This document shows, in pieces, positions 61,975 through 64,000 of a stretch of DNA of 64,000 nucleotides. The DNA comes from Macrostomum hystrix (lineage: Eukaryota > Animalia > Platyhelminthes): the NCBI GenBank assembly GCA_950097015.1, contig CATNEN010000024.1, forward strand, positions 5,890,001 through 5,954,000, given 5' to 3'. The notes under the pieces are model-generated. The model worked only from the letters and a program-made list of their open reading frames with translations. It had not been told where the DNA came from and searched no databases. How positions within the stretch are numbered: the first letter of the stretch is position 1; each line of letters opens with the position of its first letter. A program made the position numbers and the translations under genes.

Positions 61975-62530
61975 CAGGGTACTGGTTTAGGTCATAAGTC
62001 ACGGTCACTAGTTAGGGTCATGAGTCATGTCACTGGTGGGGATCATAAGTCAGGGTCACTGGATGGGGTCATGAGTCAGGGTCACTGGTTGTGGTCGTGA
62101 GTCACGGTTACTAGTTAGGGTCATGAGTCAGGGTCACTGGTTGGGGTCATGAGTCAGAGTCACTGGTGGGGATCATGAGTCGGGGTCACTGATTGGGGCC
62201 ATGAGTCACGGTCACTGGCTGGGGTCATGAGTCGGGGTCACTGGTTGGGGCCATGAGTCACGGTCACTGACTGGGGTCATGAGTCAGACTCACTGGTTGG
62301 GATCATGAGTCGGGGTCACTGGTTGGGATCATGAGTCAGACTCACTGGTTGGGATCATGAGTCGGGGTCACTGGTTGGGATCATGAGTCGGGGTCACTGG
62401 TTGGGATCATGAGTCGGGGTCACTGGTTGGGATCATGAGTCGGGGTCACTGGTTGGGATCATGAGTCGGGGTCACTGGTTGGGGCCATGAGTCACGATCA
62501 CTGGCTGGGGTCATGAGTCAGAGTCACTGG
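61975..62530. repeat. 26-bp minisatellite (TCATGAGTCGGGGTCACTGGTTGGGA)
   Basis: About 21 copies, intergenic. Confidence 0.94.
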
Positions 62531-62899
62531 TTCACTTCGAGTAGTAATGCACGTGAAAGAGTTAGTTAAATAGAATGGTTCATTTATATTCTTTTATACC
62601 TTGATATTATTTAAGTCCAAATAAAAAAAAATTAATTTATTAAAAATTTATACTTTGCTTGTGAGATGCAAATCAGACCAAATTTACAGGATCATGTGCA
62701 AGCAGAAAGTATGTAAAATCTGCACCTTGAACAGAAATTGCAGTATATTTACTGTTCTTCTGTTTCCATCATTTACATAAATAAAAATTTGCGCATCTTA
62801 TTCGCTAATTATTCCAAAAATCGCGGAAGAAAGACTTGCACAGATTTTCTCGTTAGCAATCGCCAAGGGAACAGACAGAGGTTAGAGTGACCTGTGCGG

Positions 62900-63295
62900 T
62901 GGAAAGTGGAGTAGCGTGAGGGTTGGAGAGTGGGGTAGCGTGAGGGGTGGAGAGTGGAGTAGCGTGAGGGTTGGAGAGTGGGGTAGCGTGAGTGGTGGAG
63001 AGTGGAGTTGCGTGAGTGTTAAAGAGTGGAGTAGTGTGTGTTGAAGAGTGGAGTAGTGTGTGTTGAAGAGTGGAGTAGTGTGTGTTGAAGAGTGGAGTAG
63101 TGTGTGTTAAAGAGTGGAGTAGTGTGTGTTGAAGAGTGGAGTAGTGTGTGTTGAAGGGTGGAGTAGCGTGAGGGTTGGAGAGTGGGGTAGCGTGAGGGGT
63201 GGAGAGTGGAGTAGCGTGAGGGTTGGAGAGTGGAGTAGCGTGAGGGTTGGAGAGTGGAGTTGCGTGAGTGTTAAAGAGTGGAGTATGTAGATGAG
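62900..63295. repeat. 23/24-bp minisatellite (GAGTGGAGTAGCGTGAGGGTTGGA)
   Basis: About 16 copies. Confidence 0.92.
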
Positions 63296-63503
63296 TGGCG
63301 TAGTCCAAAATGACTACGAAGATTGAATGCAATTGTTATTCAAGTAACAAATGATAGGGTTAGATAGTGCAGCATTAGTATCGATCAGTACTAGACCATG
63401 GTTAAGAATTGACCATACAGAAGCATTAAAATGTAGCAGTCTCTTTGACTATACACAGCAAAGGCTTTCTACAGCGAGTAATAACAAAGAAAGTCCATCC
63501 CGC

Positions 63504-64000
63504 TCAGCCAATCGGCTTGGAGAACTGGAAGATTTCGTCCGCAGTCAGCTCTCTGTCGCGTTCCAGAATCTCTGGATTTCTGCCGCGCAGGTAGCGCGCC
63601 TTCTTCGCCTCCTGGAGCAGCGTCTTGAAGTCTCGCTCCAAACGGTCCAGCTCCACCGTCTTCTGGCCGGCCGACGCGGCTGCATCTGCCGACGGCTCCT
63701 CCTTCGGCTCCTCCAACGGGACTCGTCGACCAGCGCCGGCCGTCTTATTGCGTCGTCGCCGATTTCGCCGCTGAAGTTCGGCCAAGTCGCCGGTATCGCC
63801 GCGCCAATCATCCACGAAGGTTTCGGCTCTCTCGATGGCGGAGTCCATGAGGTGACGCGAGCGGCACTTCTTCATGAACTGCTCCAGGCTGAGCCCGTTG
63901 ATCAGGACTCGCGGCGTGCCCGCAGCCCCGCTGGCGCCCGCCGCCGCATCGTCGCTAGCTCGCTGACGCTCGAGAAAGTCGGTGAGCAGTTCATCCTCGG
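63504..64000 (-). CDS. 3'-terminal coding part of an unidentified protein (charged, probably coiled-coil); continues beyond the window
   Basis: The GC-rich frame is open from the window edge (EDELLTDFLERQ...RVLINGLSLEQFMKKCRS...) to the stop at 63504 and ends LDRLERDFKTLLQEAKKARYLRGRNPEILERDRELTADEIFQFSKPIG. Family not recognised. Confidence 0.75.
   Translation of the reverse strand, partial: EDELLTDFLERQRASDDAAAGASGAAGTPRVLINGLSLEQFMKKCRSRHLMDSAIERAETFVDDWRGDTGDLAELQRRNRRRRNKTAGAGRRVPLEEPKEEPSADAAASAGQKTVELDRLERDFKTLLQEAKKARYLRGRNPEILERDRELTADEIFQFSKPIG

Noticed and set aside
1-64000. CRISPR arrays
   Set aside because: All arrays are head-to-tail units without unique spacers, no cas genes are present, and the context is eukaryotic.

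Overview
Eukaryotic (animal) genomic DNA: GC-rich spliced exons in AT-rich introns and intergenic DNA, with roughly 45% of the window (about 29 kb by my tally of array spans) made of about 27 different tandem repeats. This architecture suggests a flatworm such as Macrostomum lignano (inference, not shown by the sequence). Gene models were rebuilt by hand from GT-AG sites with matching phases. On the + strand: the 3' end of a class A GPCR, a 14-exon ankyrin-repeat TRP channel lacking an identified start exon (2798-14697), and a complete 4-exon glycogenin (20779-26600). On the - strand: a 4-exon LHFPL/TMHS-family tetraspan gene (28896-45852) whose last intron holds an 8-kb 30-bp satellite, a 4-exon GM2-activator-like gene (55596-58881), an intronless secreted C-type-lectin plus Ig protein resembling a truncated contactin (59341-61287), and the 3' part of an unidentified gene at the right edge. 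There are three tRNA-derived SINE-like copies. No CRISPR array, rRNA, intact tRNA or intact transposase was found. Most long ORFs in the track are translations of minisatellites. The main leads are a satellite carrying about 270 sense-strand splice-donor consensus sites, a possible in-frame Tyr/acid-rich cassette exon in glycogenin, the soluble contactin-like protein, the unusual TRP channel, and a GGGATC core shared by unrelated minisatellites.
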